Positions 1 to 9,573 of a stretch of 64,000 nt of DNA are shown here, one piece after another. The notes under the pieces are model-generated. The model was not told the DNA's origin and searched no databases. It saw only the letters and a program-made list of their open reading frames with translations. The stretch is from the IMG/VR virus record IMGVR_UViG_3300029922_000013, positions 64,001 to 128,000 of that record; one strand, given 5' to 3'. Every line of letters starts with the position of its first letter. Position 1 is the stretch's first letter. Source of the DNA: a virus. The translations under genes and the position numbers were made by a program.

Positions 1-1
1 C

Positions 2-775
2 TGTCATGGTGTGTTTTCTGAGGTTCCTTATAGATTATTCCTATCCGGTACCCAGACTCGAAATGATGGTGGCGTCAAATTATTACAAAGTATAGTTGGC
101 GAAACTGTTCATAGTTTGACCACGCAAGAAGCTGTCGGAGCTGGTTTTATTTGTCCTCATGATTACAGAATTGTATCCATACAGTCTTCTGACCCAAGTT
201 TTACAGATACCGACCCTCTGGAAACAAAAAGAATACATTTTTTACGCAATCATAATATAGCGGCTTTTATAGCTAAGTTTTCAACTATTATGGCTGAAAA
301 AGGGAATCAGACCCTTATTTTAGTAGAAGAACTGAATCAGATAGCTATGCTTAAGAAGTTATTGACAATACCTTTCGGATATGCGCACTCTGAAACAAAA
401 AAAGAACGACTTCTGGAATTAGGACTAGAAAAGGTGAATGTTGCAGAACAAATTGAACGCTTCAATCGTAACGAATTTAAAGTGTTCGCAGGGACTTCTT
501 GTCTACATGTTGGGGTGAATATATATCCCATGCGGAATACCTTTAATTGGATAGGGGGATCGTCTGAAATTAAGACCAAGCAAGGTCCTGTTGGGCGTTC
601 CATTCGTTTAGCTTCAGCCAATCCGTACGCTTCTAAATGTGACAAAAAAGACATCTGCACTATATGGGATTTCAATGTTATAAACAACGATACCTTAGAG
701 CGCCATTTGCGGAAAAGAATCGAATGCTATGCAGATTCTGGACCAGGCTTGATTAAGTTTGTTAAGTTAAAGTAA
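2..775 (+). CDS. SF2 helicase C-terminal part (UvsW/Rad25-like), 5'-partial
   Basis: Frame is open from the window edge; motif III (LSGT), motif V (VGVNIY) and motif VI (QGPVGRSIR), then IWDF. Confidence 0.8.
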   Translation, partial: CHGVFSEVPYRLFLSGTQTRNDGGVKLLQSIVGETVHSLTTQEAVGAGFICPHDYRIVSIQSSDPSFTDTDPLETKRIHFLRNHNIAAFIAKFSTIMAEKGNQTLILVEELNQIAMLKKLLTIPFGYAHSETKKERLLELGLEKVNVAEQIERFNRNEFKVFAGTSCLHVGVNIYPMRNTFNWIGGSSEIKTKQGPVGRSIRLASANPYASKCDKKDICTIWDFNVINNDTLERHLRKRIECYADSGPGLIKFVKLK

Positions 776-780
776 AATTA

Positions 781-789
781 TGATATATA
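781..789 (+). promoter_or_regulatory. TGATATA / extended -10-like element 6 nt before the sigma ATG
   Basis: TGATATATA; the same motif recurs upstream of 7 other genes. Confidence 0.5.
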
Positions 790-795
790 GGGGTT

Positions 796-1842
796 ATGAG
801 CAAAGGCCCCGCAAAGAAAAAACAATTTGAATCCTTCGACAACAGCTTTTATTGGCTTGCTACTTGTATAGCTGGGATACTTGCTGAAAATAAACTAGAC
901 AACACTACTCAAAAAGAACAAGTTGAAGAACTAGTATTGGCAGAGAAGCTCTTTAAAGAAGAAATACTAAAATACAAGTATTCTTCTCAAGTATATAAAC
1001 GGTTTATTCAAAAAATCAGAGTTGAAGACCATAACATATTATATTCTAAGCCTTATTTTAGAGAATCTTCTACTACCTTTTCCCAAAAAATTACTCCATG
1101 TCTAAAAAAAGAGGATATCGAAGGTCTCAAAAAGTTCGATATCAATTTTCAGCTCATAAAGTTCATTAAAACCAATTGGCGCGGTCCTCTGGGGGCTAAG
1201 GCTGAAAAGCTTTACCAACGAGTCTACAGGGCCAGGGAAGTTCTTATGGAGAACAATCTGCCCCTAGCTATCAATTGCGCTAAACTGTTTTACAGGAAAG
1301 TTCCCAAATCTAGTTTGACTCTATCGGACATGATTTCTTCGGCAGCCATGGGGTTGAGTTCTGCTGTAGATAAATACACTGGTAAATATACCGAAGTATT
1401 CAGGAGCGTCATTCTTGGTAGGGCTACAGGCAATCTAATCAGAGATTATTCAGCAACTGCCCTTCATTTTTATCCATCAGATCGAAGAGTCATGTATAAA
1501 GCGAATTCTATTCGTGGTAGACAAGGTATAACTGATATCTATGAGCTGACCGCTGCCGTTAATGAAAGTTTCCTAAATGACTCAAAAGAGGGTAAAAATG
1601 TTCCTAAAGGCCAAGTTCAGGTATCAGACTTGCAAGCCCTCATGAATGCCGCCTCTATAGTCTCAGTTGAAGCTACTATCTCTGAAGAGGGATTCGGAGC
1701 TTACGACTATACTCCAGACGAGAAGTCTAATGCCGAAGAATCCATGATTCATCTAGAAACTAATGAAAAGATTAGGAAATTGATTCTAGAGCTACCTCCA
1801 ATCCATAGAAAAGTGTTACGTTTAAAAGGCGTAAATTTTTAG
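796..1842 (+). CDS. Phage sigma70-family sigma factor lacking region 4.2
   Basis: Region 2 (LMENNLPLAINCAK...LSDMISSAAMGLSSAVDKY) is present; protein ends in the region 4.1-like ELPPIHRKVLRLKG. Confidence 0.8.
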   Translation: MSKGPAKKKQFESFDNSFYWLATCIAGILAENKLDNTTQKEQVEELVLAEKLFKEEILKYKYSSQVYKRFIQKIRVEDHNILYSKPYFRESSTTFSQKITPCLKKEDIEGLKKFDINFQLIKFIKTNWRGPLGAKAEKLYQRVYRAREVLMENNLPLAINCAKLFYRKVPKSSLTLSDMISSAAMGLSSAVDKYTGKYTEVFRSVILGRATGNLIRDYSATALHFYPSDRRVMYKANSIRGRQGITDIYELTAAVNESFLNDSKEGKNVPKGQVQVSDLQALMNAASIVSVEATISEEGFGAYDYTPDEKSNAEESMIHLETNEKIRKLILELPPIHRKVLRLKGVNF

Positions 1843-1870
1843 TTGACTTTTGGATAGTATCTGGTAGTAT
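1843..1870 (+). promoter_or_regulatory. Host sigma70-type promoter
   Basis: TTGACT-N16-TAGTAT with TG extension, followed by AGGAG SD. Confidence 0.6.
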
Positions 1871-1886
1871 ATAGGCAGGAGATATT

Positions 1887-2207
1887 ATGCAACAACCCAA
1901 TTCTTTTAATGGCAAATTGATTCTAGAAGCTTATAAGCACACTGATGTTAAGGCCGAAGTCCGCTCTGGATGGGCTATGCCAGGACAGCGTAATGCTTTA
2001 AAAGGACTTAAAGTACTGATTCAGGCCACACTTTCGGACGGAACCGTTGTACCCTATGGTTCAACAGCTTTTCTCAAAGAAGAATCTCTTCACGTTGCTC
2101 CCTGGGCAAAGAATAAGCTCAAGAGTGACACGTTGCCAGGCGAATTTATTATCGTAACCATGAACGAGGTAGAATACATCACTCCTCCTGAAGGTAACGT
2201 TGCTTGA
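1887..2207 (+). CDS. Hypothetical protein
   Basis: ORF with strong SD (AGGAG). Confidence 0.75.
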   Translation: MQQPNSFNGKLILEAYKHTDVKAEVRSGWAMPGQRNALKGLKVLIQATLSDGTVVPYGSTAFLKEESLHVAPWAKNKLKSDTLPGEFIIVTMNEVEYITPPEGNVA

Positions 2208-2374
2208 GAATAGGAAGACTAGAATTTGGCCTTATCAAGGGTACGCATGACTGGAGCTTTCACAGAGCTATATGTCAATGTGCAATCCTAAGCACAGGAC
2301 CGTTTTACTTCACTTGGCTAGATAAAAATTGCAAGTGCTTAGCATGTAAGAAATACGATTGTGAGTGCAAATGA
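2204..2374 (+). CDS. Small Cys-rich protein, 56 aa (not in ORF track)
   Basis: TTG start overlaps upstream TGA; stop overlaps downstream ATG (ATGA); C-terminus CKCLACKKYDCECK. Confidence 0.65.
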   Translation: MRIGRLEFGLIKGTHDWSFHRAICQCAILSTGPFYFTWLDKNCKCLACKKYDCECK

Positions 2375-3363
2375 TTAAGGTGCTATATGTGGGTGATCCA
2401 CATTTCAAATCATCTCAAAAAGATGAGATGGAACAGCTCATGATTTTTGTTCGTGACAGCGCTTTCGAACACAACGTAGACCAGATCGTAATTCTAGGCG
2501 ATTTAAACGATACATTTGGAGTTCTCAGGACAGACAATCAAGTTTTCTGGGAAAAATGGTTGACTGAACTAAGTGCAGGAAGACCAAAACTTTACGTATT
2601 AGTGGGCAATCACGACAAAAAGAATCAAGGTAATGATGATGATGATGAGAATTCATTGTCAGTGTTCAATTTGATAGATAACCACAATCTGGACATTGTT
2701 GAATCACCAATAATAGACGGCCCATTTGCTTTTGTCCCATACATTCACGATAAAAAGCGATTCGTAGAAGAGTGTAATGCACTCAAGGTTTATGGAGCAA
2801 AAACTTTAATTTGTCACAATGAGTTTGATGGTGGCCAGTATGATAACGGATTCTATATTCCAAATGGGGTGAAACCAGAGGAACTTAATTACGATCTAGT
2901 TATTTCGGGTCATATTCACACTCGATCTACTATCGGCAAAGTAAGACACCCAGGGTCACCCAGATGGATGACTGCCTCGGATGCTAACAAAGAAAAAGGG
3001 CTCTGGCTCGTAACTCATGACTCTAATACGGGCGCCATCTTGCACGAAGAGTTTTTGGACACTTCCCATGTTTGCACTCCCATCTATGCCTACGAGTATA
3101 AAGAAGGAGACAACTATCCAGAGATTCCGGAAGGTTCGAAAGCCTCAGTTCAGCTGATCGGCTCCTCGGAGTGGATTAGTAAAGAAAAGGCAAAACTTAA
3201 AGGTAAAGCTTCCATTAGCTGTAAGATTACTGATAAGACAAAACCTAAGAACCGCAAAACCGGAAATAGTTTAGAATACTTTGTAAATCAAGTGTTTGAG
3301 CCTATTAGCGGACTTAAAAAAGAGAAAATGGTTGATCTGATGAGGGAATTGGGAGTACTATGA
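2371..3363 (+). CDS. SbcD/Mre11 (gp47-like) nuclease
   Basis: GDPH, LGDL, GNHD and SGHIH metallophosphoesterase motifs; SbcC nearby. Confidence 0.85.
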   Translation: MIKVLYVGDPHFKSSQKDEMEQLMIFVRDSAFEHNVDQIVILGDLNDTFGVLRTDNQVFWEKWLTELSAGRPKLYVLVGNHDKKNQGNDDDDENSLSVFNLIDNHNLDIVESPIIDGPFAFVPYIHDKKRFVEECNALKVYGAKTLICHNEFDGGQYDNGFYIPNGVKPEELNYDLVISGHIHTRSTIGKVRHPGSPRWMTASDANKEKGLWLVTHDSNTGAILHEEFLDTSHVCTPIYAYEYKEGDNYPEIPEGSKASVQLIGSSEWISKEKAKLKGKASISCKITDKTKPKNRKTGNSLEYFVNQVFEPISGLKKEKMVDLMRELGVL

Positions 3364-3722
3364 CTGATAACACAACCAATGAAACTTTGAGAGAAATGGC
3401 TCGTCTTACTGCATTGTCAGGACGTATCTCTGATGTTCAATCAAAAAATCTTCAATATTTTCCATTGGTTTTCTTTGAATCTGTTAAACAGGTCAAAATT
3501 GATTACGATCTAGCCCCAACCAAATCTATGGGTGACGAGCCTACCCAAAGCAATTCCATAGTTTCCTATTTCATTGAGCTAGACGAATCTCAAAACTCAG
3601 ATCTGGACAAACGCTTTCTTGCTTTGGAGAAATCTGTTAAAACTCTATTTTGGACAGATCTGGTAGTAGAAATATATTTTAACGATCAAATCAAATATAA
3701 GAGTAAAAAACATGGGCTATGA
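3360..3722 (+). CDS. Hypothetical protein
   Basis: Translationally coupled ORF. Confidence 0.75.
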   Translation: MTDNTTNETLREMARLTALSGRISDVQSKNLQYFPLVFFESVKQVKIDYDLAPTKSMGDEPTQSNSIVSYFIELDESQNSDLDKRFLALEKSVKTLFWTDLVVEIYFNDQIKYKSKKHGL

Positions 3723-4437
3723 CAACAGTCTGACTATATTAGATAACGGTAAAGTCACAGATATCACCCCTAAAGAACTTCAGGTTATTAACAAGTTTAA
3801 AGAAGAAGGTATGCCAGGATTGGCCTCTCTAGATCCCATCGCTATGACAAAATCTTTAGATTTATACATGTCCGGTAAAACTTACCATGAGATAGCAACA
3901 ACTCTCAGGATTAAAAAAGATCTTGTTCTTTATCTAGGACAAAAGTTTAACTGGTATGCTACGAAAGTTGAGCACCTTGAAATTTTAGATGCTTCATTAA
4001 AAGAGCGCATTCTACATGCTAGCTTGGTAAACCAAGATTTTCTTCTACAAATTCAACAGTTTTTTCATAAAAAGATTGGTCGAAAAATGACCAAATTTAT
4101 AGCTAACAACGATGACGAAGCTGCCAATTCTGTGGATAAAAAAGATATCGAAATGTTCTTTAAAGCCGTGGATTTGTTGGATAAAATTTCATCCGAAAGA
4201 GTTCCCACTAATAACAGTAGGCCTACTGTAGGGCTTAATCTAGGAGATGGGGTTACAGTTAAAAAGGTCGGCGAAAATGAAGTTACCATTACTCCTAGGA
4301 ATAGAACGGTAGGAGAAATGCTTAATGAACTAGCCAATCTAAAACGTGAAGAAGAAAATAAAGCTAAAAATACAACTTATGATATAAACACAGTGAAAGA
4401 TGAAACTAAAAACGAAGGGGAAAGTAATGAGTCTTAA
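3712..4437 (+). CDS. HTH-containing protein (possibly small-terminase-like)
   Basis: LYMSGKTYHEIATTLRIKK...KFNW resembles an N-terminal HTH followed by helices. Confidence 0.45.
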   Translation: MGYDNSLTILDNGKVTDITPKELQVINKFKEEGMPGLASLDPIAMTKSLDLYMSGKTYHEIATTLRIKKDLVLYLGQKFNWYATKVEHLEILDASLKERILHASLVNQDFLLQIQQFFHKKIGRKMTKFIANNDDEAANSVDKKDIEMFFKAVDLLDKISSERVPTNNSRPTVGLNLGDGVTVKKVGENEVTITPRNRTVGEMLNELANLKREEENKAKNTTYDINTVKDETKNEGESNES

Positions 4438-5290
4438 TTTTAAAAGAGCTTTGGTTGGGTTGAGTGTGTTGGTTGCTATTGTTTTGTATCCGCTTGCATC
4501 AGTGGGTAAATCTACTGATAAGGGCGGTCTCGAATTCAATGAAGATAATTTGGTCACTATTCGAGGAGAAGTCAGCGAAGAAAGTGTGGCACAGGCTATT
4601 AATACGCTCAGAAGCCTAGATGCTCAAACTAGTCGTTTCGGTAAGAACAAGCCAATCTATTTGTTTCTGGATACTCCTGGTGGCGATATTCAGGCAGGAC
4701 TTGAGTTGATCGAAGCCGCAGAAGGTCTAAAACGTCCAGTTCACACCGTTACCTTGTTTGCCGCTAGCATGGGTTTCCAAATCGCCCAAAATATGGGTAA
4801 TAGATACATTCTTAAAAATGGCGTCCTCATGAGCCATAGAGCAGCTGGGGGATTCCAAGGATCTTTCGGTGGTAAGAATCCGAGTCAGCTAGATAGCCGT
4901 TACAGTTTTTGGCTCAAGCGCATTGAAGAACTAGATCAGCAAACTGTAAAACGTACCAACGGAAAGCAAACTCTGGAAAGTTATCGTAAACAATATGCTG
5001 ACGAAATGTGGCTTACAGGAACTCAATCAGTTGAACAAGGTTATGCAGACCAAGTTGTTTCTGTTAGATGCAGCGATACACTGAGCGGCAGCGATGGCCA
5101 CGATGTAAATTTTATGGGGTTCAGGGTCCATTATGAAACTAGCAAATGTCCTATCATTACTTCGCTCCAAAATATAGCCATCGGATCTCTTGATGGTAAA
5201 AATATTTTCACTGCTCCAACTCCAGCAGTAGTGGAAGAAGTGAAGCAAAAGTTTATTGATCAATTTACTCATGAAAAGACTTTGCGTTAA
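4427..5290 (+). CDS. ClpP-family (S14) serine protease with N-terminal signal peptide or anchor
   Basis: LFLDTPGG, AASMG (catalytic Ser), LMSH (His), EMWL..QSVEQGYADQV; N-terminus KRALVGLSVLVAIVLYPLA; SD GAAGGGG before ATG 4427. Confidence 0.85.
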   Translation: MSLNFKRALVGLSVLVAIVLYPLASVGKSTDKGGLEFNEDNLVTIRGEVSEESVAQAINTLRSLDAQTSRFGKNKPIYLFLDTPGGDIQAGLELIEAAEGLKRPVHTVTLFAASMGFQIAQNMGNRYILKNGVLMSHRAAGGFQGSFGGKNPSQLDSRYSFWLKRIEELDQQTVKRTNGKQTLESYRKQYADEMWLTGTQSVEQGYADQVVSVRCSDTLSGSDGHDVNFMGFRVHYETSKCPIITSLQNIAIGSLDGKNIFTAPTPAVVEEVKQKFIDQFTHEKTLR

Positions 5291-5535
5291 TGCCTCTCAT
5301 CTTTTATCTGTGTGGGTGTGGCAAGTCCAAGTCTAAATTCTTTAGAATAGCTAAAGAAGCACCCACCAGTTTTCAATGTGATTGTGGAGCAGACTTTAAG
5401 AAGCAACTTTCTGCACCTTCGAATGCAAGTAAGATCACGGTTGATAATGGGGTCCAAGGAAGGGCCGTAGAGGTAGATCTAAACATTATCCAGAGTAATT
5501 TAGACAACAGTATGAAAGATTTTAGTGAAGAATAG
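5290..5535 (+). CDS. FmdB-like zinc-ribbon protein
   Basis: MPLIFYLCGCG...CDCG...KKQLSAP. Confidence 0.6.
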   Translation: MPLIFYLCGCGKSKSKFFRIAKEAPTSFQCDCGADFKKQLSAPSNASKITVDNGVQGRAVEVDLNIIQSNLDNSMKDFSEE

Positions 5536-5546
5536 GAGTATTTATT

Positions 5547-5780
5547 ATGAAAAAACCATTTAAAGCTGGGGATAAAGTTCAAGCAGTGGATCTGGAAAAA
5601 TACTTGAAACATAAAATTAAGGAACCGGATTTGAATCACGCACAAGTTTATGAAGTATTGGATTGCTTTTATGATCAAGATTTTAAAAGGTTTGTTCTAA
5701 ACTTGGCCGGCAAAATACTTCGTGGATCTGACGGTTCAAAATTAATGGACGATGCTAATTATTATATAAAAGTTCAGTAA
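5547..5780 (+). CDS. Hypothetical protein
   Basis: ORF with AGGAG SD. Confidence 0.7.
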   Translation: MKKPFKAGDKVQAVDLEKYLKHKIKEPDLNHAQVYEVLDCFYDQDFKRFVLNLAGKILRGSDGSKLMDDANYYIKVQ

Positions 5781-5792
5781 ATAGGAGTATAT

Positions 5793-5975
5793 ATGGCAAA
5801 GAAAGCTACGAAGGCCACAGAAGAACAAACGACTAACGAATCCCGTGACAGAGAGATTGATGAAGCGCTTGCTCTAGTAAAACAGCATGAAGAAGTTATT
5901 GAAAATTTTAGGACTAGTTTTAAGAATCTGGAGCATTCCATAGCTCTTCTTAAAGAACGTAATCGTTTGCGATAG
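5793..5975 (+). CDS. Hypothetical coiled-coil protein
   Basis: ORF with AGGAG SD. Confidence 0.7.
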   Translation: MAKKATKATEEQTTNESRDREIDEALALVKQHEEVIENFRTSFKNLEHSIALLKERNRLR

Positions 5976-5978
5976 TTT

Positions 5979-6126
5979 TGTACGGTGACGAACCTAAGAG
6001 TCAGTTAATTAGTCGAGCCAGGGTCCAACCGGGTGTAGACAAAACAAAGCCGTACATTAAACGTAGGTTAAGCCACGGGTGAGGGCAATTAAAGGCGAAC
6101 TGTTAGTCCAGCCGCCTACGTTTTTT
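5979..6126 (+). ncRNA. Candidate structured RNA with two stem-closed domains and a U-tract
   Basis: TGTACGGT/GCCGTACA (5979-6056) and AAACGTAGGT/GCCTACGTTT (6059-6123). Confidence 0.45.
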
Positions 6127-6127
6127 C

Positions 6128-6156
6128 TTGACTTACCATAAAAATTAGCTTAAACT
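6128..6156 (+). promoter_or_regulatory. sigma70-type promoter for sbcC (near-leaderless)
   Basis: TTGACT-N17-TAAACT, ATG 8 nt downstream, no SD. Confidence 0.7.
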
Positions 6157-6164
6157 TCCTGTGA

Positions 6165-8345
6165 ATGCTAAAATTAAAAAAGCTCATAATTTGCAATATC
6201 GGTCGTTTTGTAGAAGAACAAACTATAGATTTCGATAGTTTGGGCAACATTGTTCAAGTTGATGCCGAAAACAGACTCACTGGTGGAAGTAGTGGAAGCG
6301 GAAAGTCCACCATATTCAATGCCTTGGACTGGCTATTAGGTTTTTCTAGTCTATCTTTAGGAGTCCTACAATCTCGTTTAACCAAAGATGCGGCCTTTGC
6401 TGAAGGTCACTTCGAGTGGGATGATAAGAAAGTCATCATAAAACGTGCCAAAAAGCTTTCTATAACTATAGATGGTATTGAAACTACGGGTTCAAGTAAA
6501 TTAACCGAAGAGTTGCTAGACCAAATCCTTGGTGTTCCCAGGGATCTGTTTCGTCCCCTCCTTCATAAAAAACAAGGGGAACATGGATTCTTTCTTCAGT
6601 TTACGCCTTCGCAAATGAACAATTTTCTTACAGATTCCTTGGGTCTATCTACTGTTCGTTCTAAAATTGATATAATTGATGAAAAAACTAAGGATTTAGC
6701 ATCCATTAAGATTGACAAATCGAGTTCTTTGGAAGCTGCTAAAGCTGCCCTAAAAGCCACCCAGGAAGCCCTGCAGTCGCTAGGAGCTGAACCAACTACC
6801 GATGCATCCGAAATCTTGTTGGAAGGCTGGAAGGGTCAATACGATGCCTCCAAAGCGATTTTGGTTGAGGTTCAATCCAGGCACAGACAAGAAAAAGACG
6901 CATTAGAGCAAAAAAAGCCTAAACTAATTTCCTTTACTTTGGACAGAGCCCACCTAAGCGCTTTGGAAGCCGAAAACAAAACTATTAACGACAAGATCAT
7001 TGGGATAATGAATGTCGAGAAAGATAGGCAATCTACCGTTAATAGAGAAATATCAAACTATAAAATTGAAATCAATACCCGTCAAAACGCTCTTAAGTTA
7101 GAAAATAGCAAAGAAAATTCAACCATTAAAAGTGAAATCGCGAAGCTTACCAACCAAGTCCAGTTGGGTAAAGCTTCTAAAGAAGAGGCTATAAAGATCG
7201 CTGGTCGCATTAAAACGCTGAGAAGCGGGGTCTGTCATACTTGCGAACAGTCTTGGGTGACTGATAATGCCAAAAATGAAGAGCAAATACTTCTTCAAGA
7301 AATTTCTAAACATAGAACTAATATTGAGCTTTCTAGTCAAGCTGAAACACAGATTAGTACACTGAAATGTACATTAGATGTTACAAATGAGCGTTATAAT
7401 GCACAACTCGCCCTTTTGGAGCAAGAGTCCAACAATCAGTTGGTAGTTTTGGCAGAAAAAAGTAGATCCCAAACTTCATTAGAAATTCACTCATTGAATA
7501 CCGAGATTAGCCGTATTTCTAAATTGCACGCCGAAGAAAGAGCCAAGGAAGATCTACATACAACCAATCAAAATCTTGAAAATCGCAAAGCCATGGAGAA
7601 TTTCTTTGTAGAGCAAAAAGCTCTTGCCGCTAAACACGAGGCGGAATTAAGCGAAATCAACAAGACAATTAACGAGAATCGTTCTCAATATGAAAGTGTT
7701 AGAGGATCTCTAATAGCTCACAAAGAAGCTTTGATGCGTTATGGAAGTTCTTCGAATGCTTCTAGGACCCAGGAATGGGAACTGAACCAAAAAGTAGATC
7801 AAATGAACCAAGAATTGGTGCAAACGAATGAGAGATTGGAGCTGATGGAAGAGGCCAAAAGGTGTTTAAAATCATATCTTTCTTGCTCTTTTGATGATGC
7901 TTTAGAGAGCATATCTGATTCCGCAACTCGAATCCTGCGCTCAATACCTACCATGGCCAATTCAACGATTAGGCTGGAAGGAACCAGGGAAACCGATAAG
8001 GGGGCTATAAAAGAACAGGTCACAGCAGAGATCGATAATGATGGTGAGATTTCCGTTCCAATCAAGAGTCTTTCTGGAGGAGAACGCTCAGCTGTGGATC
8101 TTGCTGTTGATTTTGCCGTTTGCGAGATGCTTCAGGAACGCAACAATGTTGGAATTGACACAATGATTCTAGATGAGCCCTTTAATGGGTTTGATTCTGT
8201 TGGTATTGAGCATGCCCTGGAAATGCTTAAGACTTTTGCTGTCAACAAGAGAGTTCTCATCGTGGAACATGACAGCGTGGCCAAGGAATTCATTAACGAC
8301 CGCATTACTGTTATTCGTGAAAACGAAACAAGTTTCATAAAATAA
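6165..8345 (+). CDS. SbcC/Rad50 (gp46-like) ABC ATPase
   Basis: Walker A GSSGSGKS, zinc hook CHTC, signature LSGGE, Walker B ILDEP, long coiled coil. Confidence 0.92.
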   Translation: MLKLKKLIICNIGRFVEEQTIDFDSLGNIVQVDAENRLTGGSSGSGKSTIFNALDWLLGFSSLSLGVLQSRLTKDAAFAEGHFEWDDKKVIIKRAKKLSITIDGIETTGSSKLTEELLDQILGVPRDLFRPLLHKKQGEHGFFLQFTPSQMNNFLTDSLGLSTVRSKIDIIDEKTKDLASIKIDKSSSLEAAKAALKATQEALQSLGAEPTTDASEILLEGWKGQYDASKAILVEVQSRHRQEKDALEQKKPKLISFTLDRAHLSALEAENKTINDKIIGIMNVEKDRQSTVNREISNYKIEINTRQNALKLENSKENSTIKSEIAKLTNQVQLGKASKEEAIKIAGRIKTLRSGVCHTCEQSWVTDNAKNEEQILLQEISKHRTNIELSSQAETQISTLKCTLDVTNERYNAQLALLEQESNNQLVVLAEKSRSQTSLEIHSLNTEISRISKLHAEERAKEDLHTTNQNLENRKAMENFFVEQKALAAKHEAELSEINKTINENRSQYESVRGSLIAHKEALMRYGSSSNASRTQEWELNQKVDQMNQELVQTNERLELMEEAKRCLKSYLSCSFDDALESISDSATRILRSIPTMANSTIRLEGTRETDKGAIKEQVTAEIDNDGEISVPIKSLSGGERSAVDLAVDFAVCEMLQERNNVGIDTMILDEPFNGFDSVGIEHALEMLKTFAVNKRVLIVEHDSVAKEFINDRITVIRENETSFIK

Positions 8346-8348
8346 AGG

Positions 8349-8377
8349 TTGACTTTTTGAAACATGAATAGTACTCT
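8349..8377 (+). promoter_or_regulatory. sigma70-type promoter
   Basis: TTGACT-N17-TACTCT. Confidence 0.55.
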
Positions 8378-8395
8378 TCTTATAGAGGCTAATAA

Positions 8396-8650
8396 ATGAC
8401 AACTTACTTGATTACCAAAAGTGATTTATTCAAAATTGTAAGTGATGCGAAAGTAAAAATGTCCAATATAAGTCTTCCTCTCTATCTTTCTGATCAAGAA
8501 GTAGAGCAAAGAGAACTGGCCAGTGTGGCCATTTTAGAGTCCGTAGTTATGTTTTTAAATAGTAAGGGTTTTTTAAACCAGCAACTTGGGCTGGATGTGA
8601 CTGATCCGGGATGTATGCACGATAACGAATTGCCTTTAGAACAGGAGTAA
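8396..8650 (+). CDS. Hypothetical protein
   Basis: ORF after promoter, SD GAGG. Confidence 0.7.
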   Translation: MTTYLITKSDLFKIVSDAKVKMSNISLPLYLSDQEVEQRELASVAILESVVMFLNSKGFLNQQLGLDVTDPGCMHDNELPLEQE

Positions 8651-8653
8651 AAT

Positions 8654-8956
8654 ATGGGACGACCGAAAAAAGAGCCACTGACTGAAATGCAAAAGATCGC
8701 TAAAAAAATTGGGAGTGATGCTGAGGAAGTTCTAAAAGAGCTAGAAGCTATGGATACTGCAGACTTAAACAAGCGAATTGCACAAGCTAATTCTGCCATA
8801 AGCGACACAAAAGCCGAACTAAACGAAAATCAGGCGTACATCGAAGCTAAAGAAAATGTGAAGCTCCTTTCGAGCGGATTTAGGGAAGTAAAGGCTAGAC
8901 AGAATGCAATTATTGCTGTAGCTGTACAACTCCGCAAGGACCGAGGAGAAGCTTGA
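8654..8956 (+). CDS. Hypothetical coiled-coil protein
   Basis: ORF with AGGAG SD. Confidence 0.75.
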   Translation: MGRPKKEPLTEMQKIAKKIGSDAEEVLKELEAMDTADLNKRIAQANSAISDTKAELNENQAYIEAKENVKLLSSGFREVKARQNAIIAVAVQLRKDRGEA

Positions 8957-9573
8957 AATCTGAACGGATACTAGCACTTGATATTAGCACCAAAACAGGT
9001 TACTGTGTGGCTATGTCTTCGGATGAAGGTATTCACCTAGAATCCCATGGTCAGATACCAAAAGTAGAGTGTCCGGACGAAAGATATCCAGATTCATATG
9101 TAAGTTGGGCTTATACGTGTTATGAAGCTATTGAAAAGTTGTTTAATGAATACGCACCTGATGTTTTGATAGTTGAAGAGACTACTAGAAGTAAGAACTC
9201 GTTTAGTCAAAAGATCCTGGAATTCTGCCATTTTTTGGTGGCTAAACTTATCAAAGAAACCGGTATTAAGTGCGTGTATTTCCAGACTGGAGACTGGCGT
9301 AAAGAAGTTGGCAGTTACATGAATGAAGAGGAACGTCAGCACAACAAGGAAGTCAAAGGTTACAAGAAGAAGAATAAAACAGCCGTAGCCTATGATATAA
9401 ATGGTAAAAGAGTTGGAATGATTGGTAAAAAACATGTAACTATTAGATTAATCAATCAAGTATTCGGTAAGTTTTTTAAGGAACCGATGCGTAAGAAAAA
9501 CGAAGATGAATGTGACGCCATGGCTTTAGCACTTTGTTACCACAAGAAACGTGAAAGAGGTTTATATGTCTAA
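8953..9573 (+). CDS. RuvC-like Holliday junction resolvase
   Basis: ILALDISTKTG, LIVEE and DECDA acidic motifs. Confidence 0.8.
   Translation: MKSERILALDISTKTGYCVAMSSDEGIHLESHGQIPKVECPDERYPDSYVSWAYTCYEAIEKLFNEYAPDVLIVEETTRSKNSFSQKILEFCHFLVAKLIKETGIKCVYFQTGDWRKEVGSYMNEEERQHNKEVKGYKKKNKTAVAYDINGKRVGMIGKKHVTIRLINQVFGKFFKEPMRKKNEDECDAMALALCYHKKRERGLYV

Noticed and set aside
4427-5290. ClpP as prohead maturation protease
   Set aside because: No portal or capsid neighbours, and it carries an export-type leader.
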